Shown here: one piece after another, positions 33,163-43,025 of the stretch | How positions within the stretch are numbered: position 1 is the stretch's first letter | How the letters are laid out: each line of letters opens with the position of its first letter | Origin: an uncultured Bacteroidota bacterium | GTDB lineage: Bacteria; Bacteroidota; Rhodothermia; Rhodothermales; Rubricoccaceae | DNA: 64,000 bases | Reading direction: 5' to 3' | Assembly: GCA_963848075.1 (NCBI GenBank) | Contig: CAWKCB010000004.1 | Coordinates: forward strand, 1,270,376 to 1,334,375 | Program-made: the position numbers and the translations under genes | Notes under the pieces: model-generated | Told to the model about the DNA's origin: nothing | Database searches by the model: none | Seen by the model: the letters and a program-made list of their open reading frames with translations, nothing else

Positions 33163-34218
33163 CTAGTCGCGGCGGGCAAACGCGTTGGCGGGGAGGTCAT
33201 GGGGCGACCCGACGCCGCCGCCGAACCCGGCCGCGAGCGCGCCCAGGAGCAGGGCGAAAAACCCGACGAGGGCCGCCGTGCCGAGGAAGTCGGTCGCGCT
33301 CTCGGCCGCCGAGACGGCCTCGGTCTGGAGCGAGTCGACCTCCTGGGAAACGGTCCGGCGGGCGCTCTGGAACTGGGCCTCCCAGCTCGTGACCGTCTCC
33401 CGGGCCTCGGCCTCCGACATCCCCGTCCGCGCGGCCAGCACGTTGACGAGGTCGGCCCGGTCGACGTCGCGGACGACGCCCTCGGCCCGCCCGTACGCCC
33501 GGTCGATGGCGGCCCGGACGTCGGCGTCGGCGATGTCGTCCGGCGCGTTCCGGGCCACGGCGTCGGCCTGGTCCGCGAGGGCCTCCGGCGTCAGGTCGGG
33601 GTCGCCGGTGTCGCGCAAGAGCTGCTCGGCCTCGGCGCGGATCGCCTCGACGTCGAGGTTCTGGAGGTCGACGCCGAACTGCTCCTGGGCGAGGTCGGCG
33701 GCGGCCGGGGCGACGGCCGTGACGCCGGACCCGATCGCGCTCAGGCCCGAGCCGATCAGCCCGGTCACACCCGAGACGACGCGCCCGACGCCGGACGTCA
33801 GGAGGTACAGCGTGAGCAGCGTCGTGAGCGCCCACACGACGACGCCGTGCAGCATCCCGTCGGTCTTGCGCGGCATCCCGGCGAGGCGGCCGGCTACCCA
33901 ACCGCCGGCGAACAGCGAGACCAGCGACGAGATCACCGTCCAGATCCCCTGGCCGATCCCGAACCCGCCGACCGAGTCGGACTCGGTGGCCGGGTCGAAC
34001 GTCTGGAGCCCGATGCCGAGCCCCAACAGGTTCAAGACGAACCCGGTCACGACGGCGACCAGGGCCCCGGCGAAGATGGCCCCCCAGCTGACGCGCTTGA
34101 TCGCGGCCGACCGGCGGCCGTAGTCGGTCGGGCCGTGCTCGTACTCGTTGTAGACGAAGACCTCGCGGTCGGGGGGCGTGGGGATGGAGCGGACGGTGGG
34201 CTCGACGGGTTCGGACAC
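33163..34218 (-). CDS. hypothetical membrane protein
   Basis: Four or more TM segments (WGAIFAGALVAVVTGFVLNLLGLGIGL etc.) plus a helical acidic middle region. GTG 34218 is a tentative start. Confidence 0.55.
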   Translation of the reverse strand: MSEPVEPTVRSIPTPPDREVFVYNEYEHGPTDYGRRSAAIKRVSWGAIFAGALVAVVTGFVLNLLGLGIGLQTFDPATESDSVGGFGIGQGIWTVISSLVSLFAGGWVAGRLAGMPRKTDGMLHGVVVWALTTLLTLYLLTSGVGRVVSGVTGLIGSGLSAIGSGVTAVAPAAADLAQEQFGVDLQNLDVEAIRAEAEQLLRDTGDPDLTPEALADQADAVARNAPDDIADADVRAAIDRAYGRAEGVVRDVDRADLVNVLAARTGMSEAEARETVTSWEAQFQSARRTVSQEVDSLQTEAVSAAESATDFLGTAALVGFFALLLGALAAGFGGGVGSPHDLPANAFARRD

Positions 34219-34348
34219 GATTTGGGGGGAGAGTTGGTGGGGCCCTCGCCCTACAAGGTCCCGTCCCGGACGTTCCGGGCCCGCACCGGTCTCGGGGCTC
34301 CCCCGAACCCCCGGGCAGGTCTTCCCGAAGCCCGACACGGCCTCGGTG

Positions 34349-37165
34349 CTACGCCACGACGAAGTTGACCAACCGGCCGGGCACCGCGATCTCCTTGCGG
34401 ACGGCCCCCTCCTCCAGGTACTTGGCCACGTTGGGCTCGGTCCGCGCGGCCGCCAGCATCGCGTCCTTGTCCGCGTCCGCGTCCACCACGACGGTCCCGC
34501 GGAGCTTGCCGTTGACCTGGACGGCGATCTCGACCGTGTCCTCCTTGAGGAGCTCGGCGTCGGCGTCGGGCCAGGGTTGGTAGGTGATCGTGTCGTCGTG
34601 GCCGAGCGCCTGCCACAACTCCTCGGCGAGGTGGGGGGCGAACGGCGACAGGAGCTGCGTGAACGTCTCGGCCGTCGGCTGGGGGATGTAGCCCCACTTG
34701 GTCGCCGCGTTGACGAACTCCATGAGTGCCGCGATGGCCGTGTTGAACCGCAGGCCCTCGACGTCGTCGCTGACCTTCTGAATGGTCGCGTGCAGGACGC
34801 GCTGCTGCTCGCGCGTCGGTGGGGCGTCCACGACGGTCGCGGCGCGCGAGCCCGTGTCGGGGTCGATCACCAAGCGGTAGGCCCGCGCGAGGAACCGGTG
34901 GACGCCGTCGACCGAGCGCGTATTCCAGGGCTTGGCCTGCTCGAGCGGGCCCATGAACATCTCGTAGAGCCGGAGCGAGTCGGCGCCGTACTCGGCCACG
35001 ATGTCGTCGGGGTTGACCACGTTGCCGCGGCTCTTCGACATCTTGTGGGCCCGGCTGCTCACGCGGACGTCGGGGTGGGCGGAGAGGACGAACCCGTCGC
35101 CCCCCTTCTCGACGTCGGTCTCCGAGACGGAGACGGCGACCAACATCGCGCCGTCGCGGTCGTCCTGGTGAGTCGCGGGCCCGTCGTCCTCGTCGGGCGC
35201 GTAGAGCTCGACGGCGTGCTCGGCCGAGACCCAGCCGAACGGCTGGCCGTCGTCGCCCACGCGGCGGAAGGCCGTGTACTCGACCTCGCCCAGGATCATG
35301 CCCTGGTTGACGAGCTTCTGGAACGGCTCGTCGGTCGACACCACGCCGGCGTCGAACAGCACCTTGTGCCAGAACCGGGCGTAGAGCAGGTGGAGCACCG
35401 CGTGCTCGGCCCCGCCGACGTACAAGTCGACCGGCATCCAGTACCGCTCCTTCTCGGGGTCGACGAGCGCCTGGTCGTTGCCCGGGTCGAGGTAGCGGAG
35501 GTAGTACCAGCACGAGCCGGCCCACTGCGGCATCGTGTTGGTCTCGCGGCGTGCGGGCCGGCCGGTCTCGGGGTCGGTCGTCGTGAGCCAGTCGGTCGCC
35601 GTCGCGAGCGGGCTCTCGCCGTTGTCGGCCGGCCGGTAGTCCTCGACCTCGGGCAACGTGAGCGGCAGCGCGCTCTTGGGCAGCGGCCGGGGCACCACGT
35701 CGCCGTCGTCGTCGGTCGTGTGGACGATCGGCATCGGCTCGCCCCAGTAGCGCTGGCGGCTGAAGAGCCAGTCGCGGAGCTTGTAGTTGACACGCTCCCG
35801 GCCGACCCCGTTCGACTCGAGCCACGCGATCACGTCGGCCTGCGCCGCCGGCACCGCCAGGCCGTCCAGCGTGACGCCCCGGTCGGCGATGTCGGCGACG
35901 GGCCCGCCGGAGGCGTCCGAGTTCATCACCGTGCCGTCGGCGCCGGTGTAGACCTCGGTCCAGTTCCGGGCGTCGTCGTTGTAGCCGCCGAACAGCAGGT
36001 CGGCCTCGGTGTCGGTCGGGGTGTCCGGGCCGGCGTGGGCGGCGAGCCAGGCGGCGGGCGGGCGGACGACCGGGCGGATCGGCAGGCCGTGGGCCTGGGC
36101 GAACTCGAAGTCGCGGGCGTCATGCGCGGGGACGGCCATGATGGCGCCGGTCCCGTAGCCGGCCAGCACGTAGTCGGCGATCCAGATCGGCACCTTCTCC
36201 CCGTTGACCGGGTTGACGGCGTGGGCCCCCGTGAACACGCCGGTCTTGGCCTTCTGCTCCTGGCGGTCGCGCTCGGTCTTGCGCGCCGCCTGGGCGACGT
36301 ACTCGCGGACGGCCTCCGCCTGGTCGGCGCCCGTGATCTCATTCACGAGCGGGTGCTCGGGCGCGAGCACCATGTAGGTCGCCCCGAACAACGTGTCCGG
36401 CCGCGTCGTGAACACGCGGACGTGGAGCGCGGGGTAGCCGAACACGCCGAAGTCGACCTCGGCCCCGACGCTCCGCCCGATCCAGTTCCGCTGCATCGCC
36501 TTGACGGACTCGGGCCAGTCGAGGTCGTCGAGCCCGTCGAGCAGCCGGTCGGCGTACTCGGTGATCCGGAGCATCCACTGCCGCATCGGGACCTGGACGA
36601 CGGGGTGGCCCCCGATCTCCGACCGGCCGTCGACGACCTCCTCGTTCGACAGGACCGCGCCCAGCTCGGGGCACCAGTTGACAGGCGCGAACGCCTCGTA
36701 GGCCAGGCCCCGCTCGTAGAGCGTCAGGAAGATCCACTGGGTCCACTTGACGTAGGCTGGGTCCGTCGTGTCGATCTCGCGCGACCAGTCGTAGCTGAAG
36801 CCGAGCCGCTGGAGCTGGCGCCGGAAGGTCTCCTCATTGCGGGCGGTCGTCACGCGGGGGTGGATCCCCTCGCGCAGGGCGGCCTGCTCGGCGGGGAGCC
36901 CGAACGCGTCCCAGCCCATCGGGTGGAGCACGTTGTAGCCCTGCATCCGCCGGACGCGGGCGACGATGTCGGTGGCCGTGTAGCCCTCGGGGTGGCCCAC
37001 GTGGAGCCCCGCGCCCGACGGGTACGGGAACATGTCGAGCGCGTAGAACCCGGGCTTGGAGGCGTCGAAGCCGTCGTCGCCGGGGCCGGGCTGGCGGAAC
37101 GTTTCGTGGTCGGCCCACCAGGCCTGCCACTTGGTCTCGATGTCGTCGTGGGGGTATCCGGCCAT
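34349..37165 (-). CDS. leuS: leucine--tRNA ligase
   Basis: HVGHPEGY (HIGH) and KMSKSRGN (KMSKS) motifs; 938 aa. Confidence 0.97.
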   Translation of the reverse strand: MAGYPHDDIETKWQAWWADHETFRQPGPGDDGFDASKPGFYALDMFPYPSGAGLHVGHPEGYTATDIVARVRRMQGYNVLHPMGWDAFGLPAEQAALREGIHPRVTTARNEETFRRQLQRLGFSYDWSREIDTTDPAYVKWTQWIFLTLYERGLAYEAFAPVNWCPELGAVLSNEEVVDGRSEIGGHPVVQVPMRQWMLRITEYADRLLDGLDDLDWPESVKAMQRNWIGRSVGAEVDFGVFGYPALHVRVFTTRPDTLFGATYMVLAPEHPLVNEITGADQAEAVREYVAQAARKTERDRQEQKAKTGVFTGAHAVNPVNGEKVPIWIADYVLAGYGTGAIMAVPAHDARDFEFAQAHGLPIRPVVRPPAAWLAAHAGPDTPTDTEADLLFGGYNDDARNWTEVYTGADGTVMNSDASGGPVADIADRGVTLDGLAVPAAQADVIAWLESNGVGRERVNYKLRDWLFSRQRYWGEPMPIVHTTDDDGDVVPRPLPKSALPLTLPEVEDYRPADNGESPLATATDWLTTTDPETGRPARRETNTMPQWAGSCWYYLRYLDPGNDQALVDPEKERYWMPVDLYVGGAEHAVLHLLYARFWHKVLFDAGVVSTDEPFQKLVNQGMILGEVEYTAFRRVGDDGQPFGWVSAEHAVELYAPDEDDGPATHQDDRDGAMLVAVSVSETDVEKGGDGFVLSAHPDVRVSSRAHKMSKSRGNVVNPDDIVAEYGADSLRLYEMFMGPLEQAKPWNTRSVDGVHRFLARAYRLVIDPDTGSRAATVVDAPPTREQQRVLHATIQKVSDDVEGLRFNTAIAALMEFVNAATKWGYIPQPTAETFTQLLSPFAPHLAEELWQALGHDDTITYQPWPDADAELLKEDTVEIAVQVNGKLRGTVVVDADADKDAMLAAARTEPNVAKYLEEGAVRKEIAVPGRLVNFVVA

Positions 37166-37322
37166 GCCTGGGTGCGGTCGTCGAGGGGCCGGAAGCTACC
37201 GTCGGCCCCCACCCGAGATCCCCGGCCCCGTCGTCTCCATCCAGGGAGAAGGCCAGCTGAACCACGAGGAACAGCCGCCCCGCGCTCTCCTCGCCCGAGC
37301 GAGCACGGCCGCTCCGTTCTCG

Positions 37323-37440
37323 CTCTCCTGACCCTAACGAGCCGTTCCCGCGAAGGCTGGACTCCAGGGCGGTCGGGGCGCCGAGGTCGCCCCTCTGGAT
37401 TCCCGCCTGCGCGGGGACGACGGCTCGGGTGCGAGGAGAG
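37323..37440. repeat. REP/MITE-like palindromic element (copy B)
   Basis: Arms CTCTCCTGACCCTAACGAGCCGTTCCCGCG and CGCGGGGACGACGGCTCGGGTGCGAGGAGAG. Unit CTCTGGATTCCCGCCTGCGCGGGGACGAC (37393-37421) matches 22420-22448 at 27 of 29 positions. Confidence 0.75.
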
Positions 37441-37536
37441 CTCCCTCCACATCGGAGAACGTAGCAGCCCTGCTCGCCTGCCAAGAGGACCGCGAGCGAG
37501 ACCGGAGCGGGGCGACCGGCCGGCTCGCGGGGGGCG

Positions 37537-38328
37537 TCACGGGGCGTGCGTTCGCCCCCCGGTCTCCATCGGCATCCCGTGCGGCTGAGGGTCGGCGTCG
37601 TGCGGGCGCTCGGCCTCCTCGCGGGCCTCGGCGCGGCTCCGCGTCCGCGTCTCGACGACGTCGATCACCAGGAGGCACGCCACCAGCCACGCGGTCCCGG
37701 ACAGCCACCCGGCCAGCACGTCGCTGAGGTAGTGGACGTTGAGGTACACCCGCGACAGCCCGACCGCCAGCACCACGAGCGGCCCGAGCACGGTGGCGAG
37801 CGCGCGGGCCCACCGCCGCTCGGTGAGCCGCCACACGAGGTACACCATCATCCCGTAGAACACGGTCGACGCGAACGCGTGGCCGCTGGGGAAGCTGTAG
37901 CCGGTGGCCTCGATGATCGGGTCCGTCGGCCGCTCGCGCGCGAACAGCGCCTTCAGGCCCAGCACGACCAACCCGCCCAGGCCGGACGCGGCCACGACCC
38001 GGAGCGCGGCCCAGTACCGCCGCGTCAGCACGAGCCCGAGCGCGACCACGACCACGAAGCCGATGAGCGTCGCGTTGTTGCCGAACCACGTGACGGCCCG
38101 GCCCAGCTCGGGGCTGCCCCCGAACGTGTCGTACACCCAGCCGTGGGCGATGGCGTCGAACCGGACGACGTCGTCGGCCTCCGTGACGGCGTCGACCACC
38201 TCCAGGAACCCCCACAGCGCGGCGACGACGGCGACGAACGCGATCGTGAACCCCAGGCCGTAGGGCACGCCCCGCGCCAGGCGGCGGCGGACGAAGCGGA
38301 CGGCGGGCGAAGCGGGCGAGGGGTCCAT
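37537..38328 (-). CDS. PAP2 superfamily phosphatase
   Basis: KALFARERP, PSGH and SRVYLNVHYLSD motifs. ATGA overlap with the upstream gene. Confidence 0.85.
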   Translation of the reverse strand: MDPSPASPAVRFVRRRLARGVPYGLGFTIAFVAVVAALWGFLEVVDAVTEADDVVRFDAIAHGWVYDTFGGSPELGRAVTWFGNNATLIGFVVVVALGLVLTRRYWAALRVVAASGLGGLVVLGLKALFARERPTDPIIEATGYSFPSGHAFASTVFYGMMVYLVWRLTERRWARALATVLGPLVVLAVGLSRVYLNVHYLSDVLAGWLSGTAWLVACLLVIDVVETRTRSRAEAREEAERPHDADPQPHGMPMETGGRTHAP

Positions 38329-38960
38329 CAGAACAGCAGCAAGAGCGCGGCCACGACGCCGCCCGCGATCACGACGGCGTTGAGCGCAAAGAGGGCCAGC
38401 AGGCCGAGCGCGAACGGCAAGCTCGCTAGGCGGACAAACCGGAGCGCGCCGACGCCCTTTAGCCACGTCCCTTTCGAGAGCAGCGCCAGCCCCCGCGCGG
38501 CCCAGATCGAGCGGCCGACGGCGACCAGGCGGCTCCCCGTGCGCGGGCCGCGCGCTTGGGACGCCCGGCCCGAGGCCTGGAGCGCCGCGTCGCGGAGCTG
38601 GCCGGGGATCGAGGCGAGGTCGGCGAGGGTCCAGCCCGCGAGCGCCGCGGCGGCGGCCGGCAGCAGCAAGACGGCGCCCAACCCCCCGAGCAGCGGCCAC
38701 GCCTCGGCCGCCCCGCTCGGCACCCAGGCCGATCCGTCGAGCCACTGCCAGACGGCGGCGACGATCACGACGGCCGCCACGGCGCTCGCACCGGCCGTCC
38801 GGTACGCGAACCGGACGAGCGCCTCGACGCCGGGCAGGAGGCGGCCGAGGCGCGCCAGCGCACCGGGAGGCGCGCTGGACACGGCGACGTCGGGAGCCTC
38901 GTCGATCGCTGGGGCCGATGTCGCTGGGGACGACGGGACGGGGCGGGTCAGGGAATCCAC
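38328..38960 (-). CDS. hypothetical membrane protein
   Basis: 210 aa with several hydrophobic helices, translationally coupled to the PAP2 gene. GTG start. Confidence 0.55.
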   Translation of the reverse strand: MDSLTRPVPSSPATSAPAIDEAPDVAVSSAPPGALARLGRLLPGVEALVRFAYRTAGASAVAAVVIVAAVWQWLDGSAWVPSGAAEAWPLLGGLGAVLLLPAAAAALAGWTLADLASIPGQLRDAALQASGRASQARGPRTGSRLVAVGRSIWAARGLALLSKGTWLKGVGALRFVRLASLPFALGLLALFALNAVVIAGGVVAALLLLF

Positions 38961-39004
38961 GGGCGGAGCGACGGGTAGGACGGCGGAGCCCCTGCTACGC
39001 CGCC

Positions 39005-39433
39005 ATGCCCCCTGCGAGTTCGCCCGACATCGCCTCCGTCCTCCGCGGCGCCCGCACGATCGCCGTCGTGGGCTGCTCGCCGCGCGGGTTCCAGACGAGC
39101 CACCGGATCGCCCGCTACATCCAAAACGCCGGCTTCCAGATGATCCCGGTCAACCCGAACCACGACGAGGTCCTGGGCGAGACGGCCTACCCCGACCTCG
39201 ACTCGATCCCGGACGACGTCTCCATCGACGTCGTCGACGTGTTCCGCCGGCCCGAGTTCACGGCCGACGTCGTCCGCGACGCCGCGCGGCGGTCGGAGCG
39301 CACGGGCGACCGGCCGCTGATCTGGACCCAGATCGGCGTCCACTCCGACGAAGCCGAGCGGCTCGCCGAGGCCGCCAGCCTGCCCTACGTCGCCGACCGC
39401 TGCCTGATGGTCGACCACGCCGCGCTCCGATAA
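39005..39433 (+). CDS. CoA-binding domain protein (YccU-like)
   Basis: IAVVGCSPRGFQTSHRIARYIQNAGFQMIPVNP signature. Confidence 0.8.
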   Translation: MPPASSPDIASVLRGARTIAVVGCSPRGFQTSHRIARYIQNAGFQMIPVNPNHDEVLGETAYPDLDSIPDDVSIDVVDVFRRPEFTADVVRDAARRSERTGDRPLIWTQIGVHSDEAERLAEAASLPYVADRCLMVDHAALR

Positions 39434-39448
39434 ACGAGCGGCGGGCGT

Positions 39449-40117
39449 TTACCCCGGCGCGAGCCCGGCGGCGCGCGTGAACCGGTCGATCTCGTCGCGG
39501 ACCCGCGCGCGCATCGGGACGAGCCGCGCGTCGTCGGCCGACCGGCTCTCGGCCAGGACGGCCTCGAAAAACCACCGCTGGTCCTCGGGTCCGGCCGAGA
39601 GCCCGCGGCGCCCCGGCGCCGACGTGAAGATGTCGATGCCGCACTCCAGGCTCGACGCCATCGAGAACGCGTTGTGGAGCTTGTCGGCGAGCGAGACCGC
39701 GACGGCCTCGACCGGCCCGGCGGCCAGCGTCGCGAGGTACGCCTCCTTGCGGACGCGCCACGGCAGCCAGTCCCCGTCGGCGTCGCGCTTCGGCTCGCTG
39801 ACGGCCTCGACGATCCGGGTGACCGTCTCGCCGACGAGCCCCACCAGCGTCGCCCGCGCCAGCGCGTCGCCGTGGCGGTTGGCGTCTTCCAAGGCGTCGT
39901 GGAGGAAGGCCGCCGCGACGGCGTCGTCGCCCCAGCCGGCCCGCTGGACCGTCATCGCGACGGCCGTGACGTGGGCCATCGCGGGGACGCGCGACGGCGT
40001 GCCCCCGGGGTCCCGAACGCACGGGTCGCTCCACCGCCCCTTCCGGTACGTCCCGTCGTGCCACTCGGCCGCGACCTCGATGGCCCGCTCGACGAGCGGC
40101 GAGAACAGGTCGGTCAT
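39449..40117 (-). CDS. HD-domain protein (SpoT/RelA hydrolase-like)
   Basis: AAFLHDALED and SLADKLHN motifs. ATGA overlap with the bshC stop. Confidence 0.7.
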   Translation of the reverse strand: MTDLFSPLVERAIEVAAEWHDGTYRKGRWSDPCVRDPGGTPSRVPAMAHVTAVAMTVQRAGWGDDAVAAAFLHDALEDANRHGDALARATLVGLVGETVTRIVEAVSEPKRDADGDWLPWRVRKEAYLATLAAGPVEAVAVSLADKLHNAFSMASSLECGIDIFTSAPGRRGLSAGPEDQRWFFEAVLAESRSADDARLVPMRARVRDEIDRFTRAAGLAPG

Positions 40118-41808
40118 GGGCGGACGACGTAGTGAGCGGTCGCGTCGAGCGGGACGGCGTCGACGATCTCGGCGAGCGCGCCGAGCCCGTGTCGGGCGAC
40201 GACGCCGAGCGGACCCAGCGCCCGCTCTTGCAACGTGCCCTCGGGCCACAGCGCCGCCTGCGCCCGCATCAGCCGCTCGCGCACGACCCCGTGGTTCCGC
40301 TTTTCAGCACGGACCGCCTTGGTGGCCAGCGCGCCGATCGCCTTCTCGACGGCCCGCCGCGTGGCTCCGACGCTCGCGGCCAGCGTCGCGTCGGTCTCGG
40401 ACGCGACGGGTCCGAGCGCGTCGACGGCGGCGAGCGCGGCCTCGGACGCCCGGGCGAAGGCCGCCTCCAGGTCGACGTCGGACGCCTCCAGCGCGAGCCG
40501 GCGCCACAGCGCGTGCAGCCGCTGCTGCGGGTCGACGGCCCCGGCCCCGAGGTCGGGCACGGTCAGGCCGTAGCGGTCGAGCACCTTGGCCACGCCGGGC
40601 TCGACGACCGTCACGCTCAGGCGCGGCTCGACGACCGGCATCGGCACGCCGAAGTGCTCGTAGACCGGCCCGAGTTGGGCGAAGTAGGCGGCCTCGCCCG
40701 GCCCGGCGACGTAGGCCGCCGTCGGCAGCAGGGTGTCCTGGACGAGCGGACGGAGGACGACGTTCGGGCTGATCGACCCAGGGTCGGCACCGATCCGCGC
40801 CAGCAAGTCCTCCGTCGAGATCCGCTCGCCGGTGCCGCGCCGGACGAACCCGCCCCCGGATCGAGTCCGGGGCAGGCGGTCGGCCGGGTCGAGGGGCGTC
40901 CGTGCCCCCTCCCCCATCACGAACAGGTTGACGGGCGTCGGCGCGACCTGGGCGTGGAAGCCGGCGTCGACGAGGGCCCGGCTCCGCGCCTCCAGACGCG
41001 CCAGCGTCTCCGGCCACGCCCTCGCCTCCTGAACAAACACCGGCGCCGCGAGTCGCTTGAGCCGCGCGTCGTCGGCCGACATGAGGACGATGTCGGGGAC
41101 GAGGGCGCGCAGCAGAGTCGCGAAGGCGTCGCGCATCGTCCGCCCCGGGACGTAGGCGTCCCGGGCGAGCCCCAAGGCGTCGGCGCGGCCGGGGCCGTCG
41201 GGGAGCGCCGCCTCCAGTTCAGCGAGTGCGCGGCCGGTCGCTCGGGCATCCAGCACGATCCGCCCGACGGGACCTCGGTCGGCGTCGGCCGGGCGTCCGT
41301 CGTCGTACGTGCAAGTGCGGACGTGCCCGTCGTGGGCGAACGTCGCCCGCTGGATCTCGGCGAAGTCGTGGTCCTCGTCGGCCAGCCAGAACACGGGGAC
41401 GGCCGGGCGACCGGTCTCGCGCGCCAGCCGCGCCGCCAGGCGGACGGCCGTCCGCGCTTTGTAGATCGTGTAGAGCGGGCCGGCGAACAGCCCGAGCTGC
41501 TGGCCCGTGACGACCGCCACGGCGTCCGGATGGCGTAGCGCGTCGACCCAGCCGAGCACGGCGTCGGAGCTGTCCCACGTCTGGTTCTGCTCGGCGAGCA
41601 CGTCGGCGACGGCGTCGCGTGTGCCCCGGGCGGTGGCCTCTTGGGCGGCGACGTGGGCGGCTTGGGCCCGGTCGGCAGGGTCGTGGGGAGACCACCGGTA
41701 CAACGCGAGTGCGGCCGGGTCGCCGGCCAACATCGCCTGGTGCAGCGCCGAGGCGCCCAAGGCCGCGAGCGGAATCGGCGCGACGGCCGGGGCGACGAGG
41801 TCGGTCAC
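40114..41808 (-). CDS. bshC: bacillithiol biosynthesis cysteine-adding enzyme BshC
   Basis: VVTGQQLGLFAGPLYTIYKA and FWLADEDHDF motifs characteristic of BshC/UPF0747. GTGA overlap with the upstream gene. Confidence 0.85.
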   Translation of the reverse strand: MTDLVAPAVAPIPLAALGASALHQAMLAGDPAALALYRWSPHDPADRAQAAHVAAQEATARGTRDAVADVLAEQNQTWDSSDAVLGWVDALRHPDAVAVVTGQQLGLFAGPLYTIYKARTAVRLAARLARETGRPAVPVFWLADEDHDFAEIQRATFAHDGHVRTCTYDDGRPADADRGPVGRIVLDARATGRALAELEAALPDGPGRADALGLARDAYVPGRTMRDAFATLLRALVPDIVLMSADDARLKRLAAPVFVQEARAWPETLARLEARSRALVDAGFHAQVAPTPVNLFVMGEGARTPLDPADRLPRTRSGGGFVRRGTGERISTEDLLARIGADPGSISPNVVLRPLVQDTLLPTAAYVAGPGEAAYFAQLGPVYEHFGVPMPVVEPRLSVTVVEPGVAKVLDRYGLTVPDLGAGAVDPQQRLHALWRRLALEASDVDLEAAFARASEAALAAVDALGPVASETDATLAASVGATRRAVEKAIGALATKAVRAEKRNHGVVRERLMRAQAALWPEGTLQERALGPLGVVARHGLGALAEIVDAVPLDATAHYVVRP

Positions 41809-42341
41809 TCGGAGCCCGCCGCTCCCGTCATCGCCTCCAGGGTCTGGCGGAACTGGCGCATCCGGTCGTCGAACGTGATCACCCAGCGGGCCCCGTCCCA
41901 CCGGGCCGTCGTCGTCTGGACGCCGCTCGTCGGGGCGCCGGCCAGCGTGAACCGGCTCCGAACGACCACGTGGCGGAGCGAGTCGCCCTCGGCGACGCTG
42001 CCCAGGACGTCGGCCTCGAGTGACCCGTAGGCCTCGCCCAGCTCGGGCTGAGCCTCGGCGACGGCGGCGAGGAACTGCGCGAACGCCTTGGGCGGCGCGA
42101 GCTTGGGGTCGACGTCGAACGGCGCCGCCCCGCCCTGGGCCGAGAGCGTCTGGAGCAAGCCGACGAACTCGGCCAGCTCGCCCGGGTCCAGGGCTTGGGC
42201 GGCCTCGACGTGGCGGCCGGCGGCGAACGCCTCGACGTAGGCCACGACGGCGGCCTCAGCGCCAGGGGCGCCCGGCGTGGCCGCGTCTTGGGCGAGGCAC
42301 GGCCCGGCGGCCAGGACCACCGCGAGAGAGACCCAGCGCAC
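41805..42341 (-). CDS. hypothetical secreted protein
   Basis: Signal peptide MRWVSLAVVLAAGPCLAQ. No domain recognised. Confidence 0.6.
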   Translation of the reverse strand: MRWVSLAVVLAAGPCLAQDAATPGAPGAEAAVVAYVEAFAAGRHVEAAQALDPGELAEFVGLLQTLSAQGGAAPFDVDPKLAPPKAFAQFLAAVAEAQPELGEAYGSLEADVLGSVAEGDSLRHVVVRSRFTLAGAPTSGVQTTTARWDGARWVITFDDRMRQFRQTLEAMTGAAGSE

Positions 42342-42343
42342 GG

Positions 42344-42931
42344 CTAGTTCCCGTCGCGCATCCGGGCGATCTCGTCGCGCAGCCTGGCCGCCGCCTCGTA
42401 GTCCTCGTCCGCGATGGCCTTCTCGAGCTGGTTCTCCATCCGGTCGAGCTGGGACATGGCCGAGGAGGCCGCGCTCTCGAACGGGTCCGGCTCGGCGTCC
42501 GACTCGACCGGCTCGCCCTCGTCGTCGGCCGGGATGCCGGCCTCGTCGAGCACGCCCGAGGCGACGAACAGGTCGGCGTCGGTGCGGACCGCCAGCGCGA
42601 CGGCGTCCGACGGGCGGGCGTCGAGCGTGGCCTCCTCGCCGTCGTAGGTGTAGCGGATCTTGGCGAAGAACGTCCCCTCTCGCAAGTCGTCGATGACGAC
42701 GTCGGTGACGTCGGCGCCGAGGGTGTCGAACAGCGACCGGAGCAGGTCGTGGGTCATCGGCCGCGGCGGCTGGATCTTCTCCAGTTCCAGCGCGATGGCC
42801 TGCGCCTCGAACGCCCCGATAATGATCGGGAGCCGCCGGTTGCCGCCGACCTCGCCGAGCACGAGGGCGTACGCGCCCCCGGACGAGGGGCTCGTCGAGA
42901 GCCCGATGATGTCGACCTGGATGTAGTCCAT
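42344..42931 (-). CDS. bifunctional nuclease (BFN/DUF151) with C-terminal UVR motif
   Basis: LPIIIGAFEAQAIALELEK ... RPMTHDLL ... DARPSDAVALAVR, plus a C-terminal EDYEAAARLRDEI UVR-like helix. Confidence 0.85.
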   Translation of the reverse strand: MDYIQVDIIGLSTSPSSGGAYALVLGEVGGNRRLPIIIGAFEAQAIALELEKIQPPRPMTHDLLRSLFDTLGADVTDVVIDDLREGTFFAKIRYTYDGEEATLDARPSDAVALAVRTDADLFVASGVLDEAGIPADDEGEPVESDAEPDPFESAASSAMSQLDRMENQLEKAIADEDYEAAARLRDEIARMRDGN

Positions 42932-43025
42932 TGAGAAGCAGTTGATCGGTCCAGTAAGGCGCGCAAGATACGGCCCGCCGGGCGCGCTCCCCCCGAACCG
43001 GGCACGGCGCGCGCGGTTCGCCGGG

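Noticed and set aside
34178-37588. 1136-aa plus-strand ORF
   Set aside because: It is antisense to leuS, which has unambiguous HIGH and KMSKS motifs. The composition is the typical GC shadow type (R/G/V/D/P rich).
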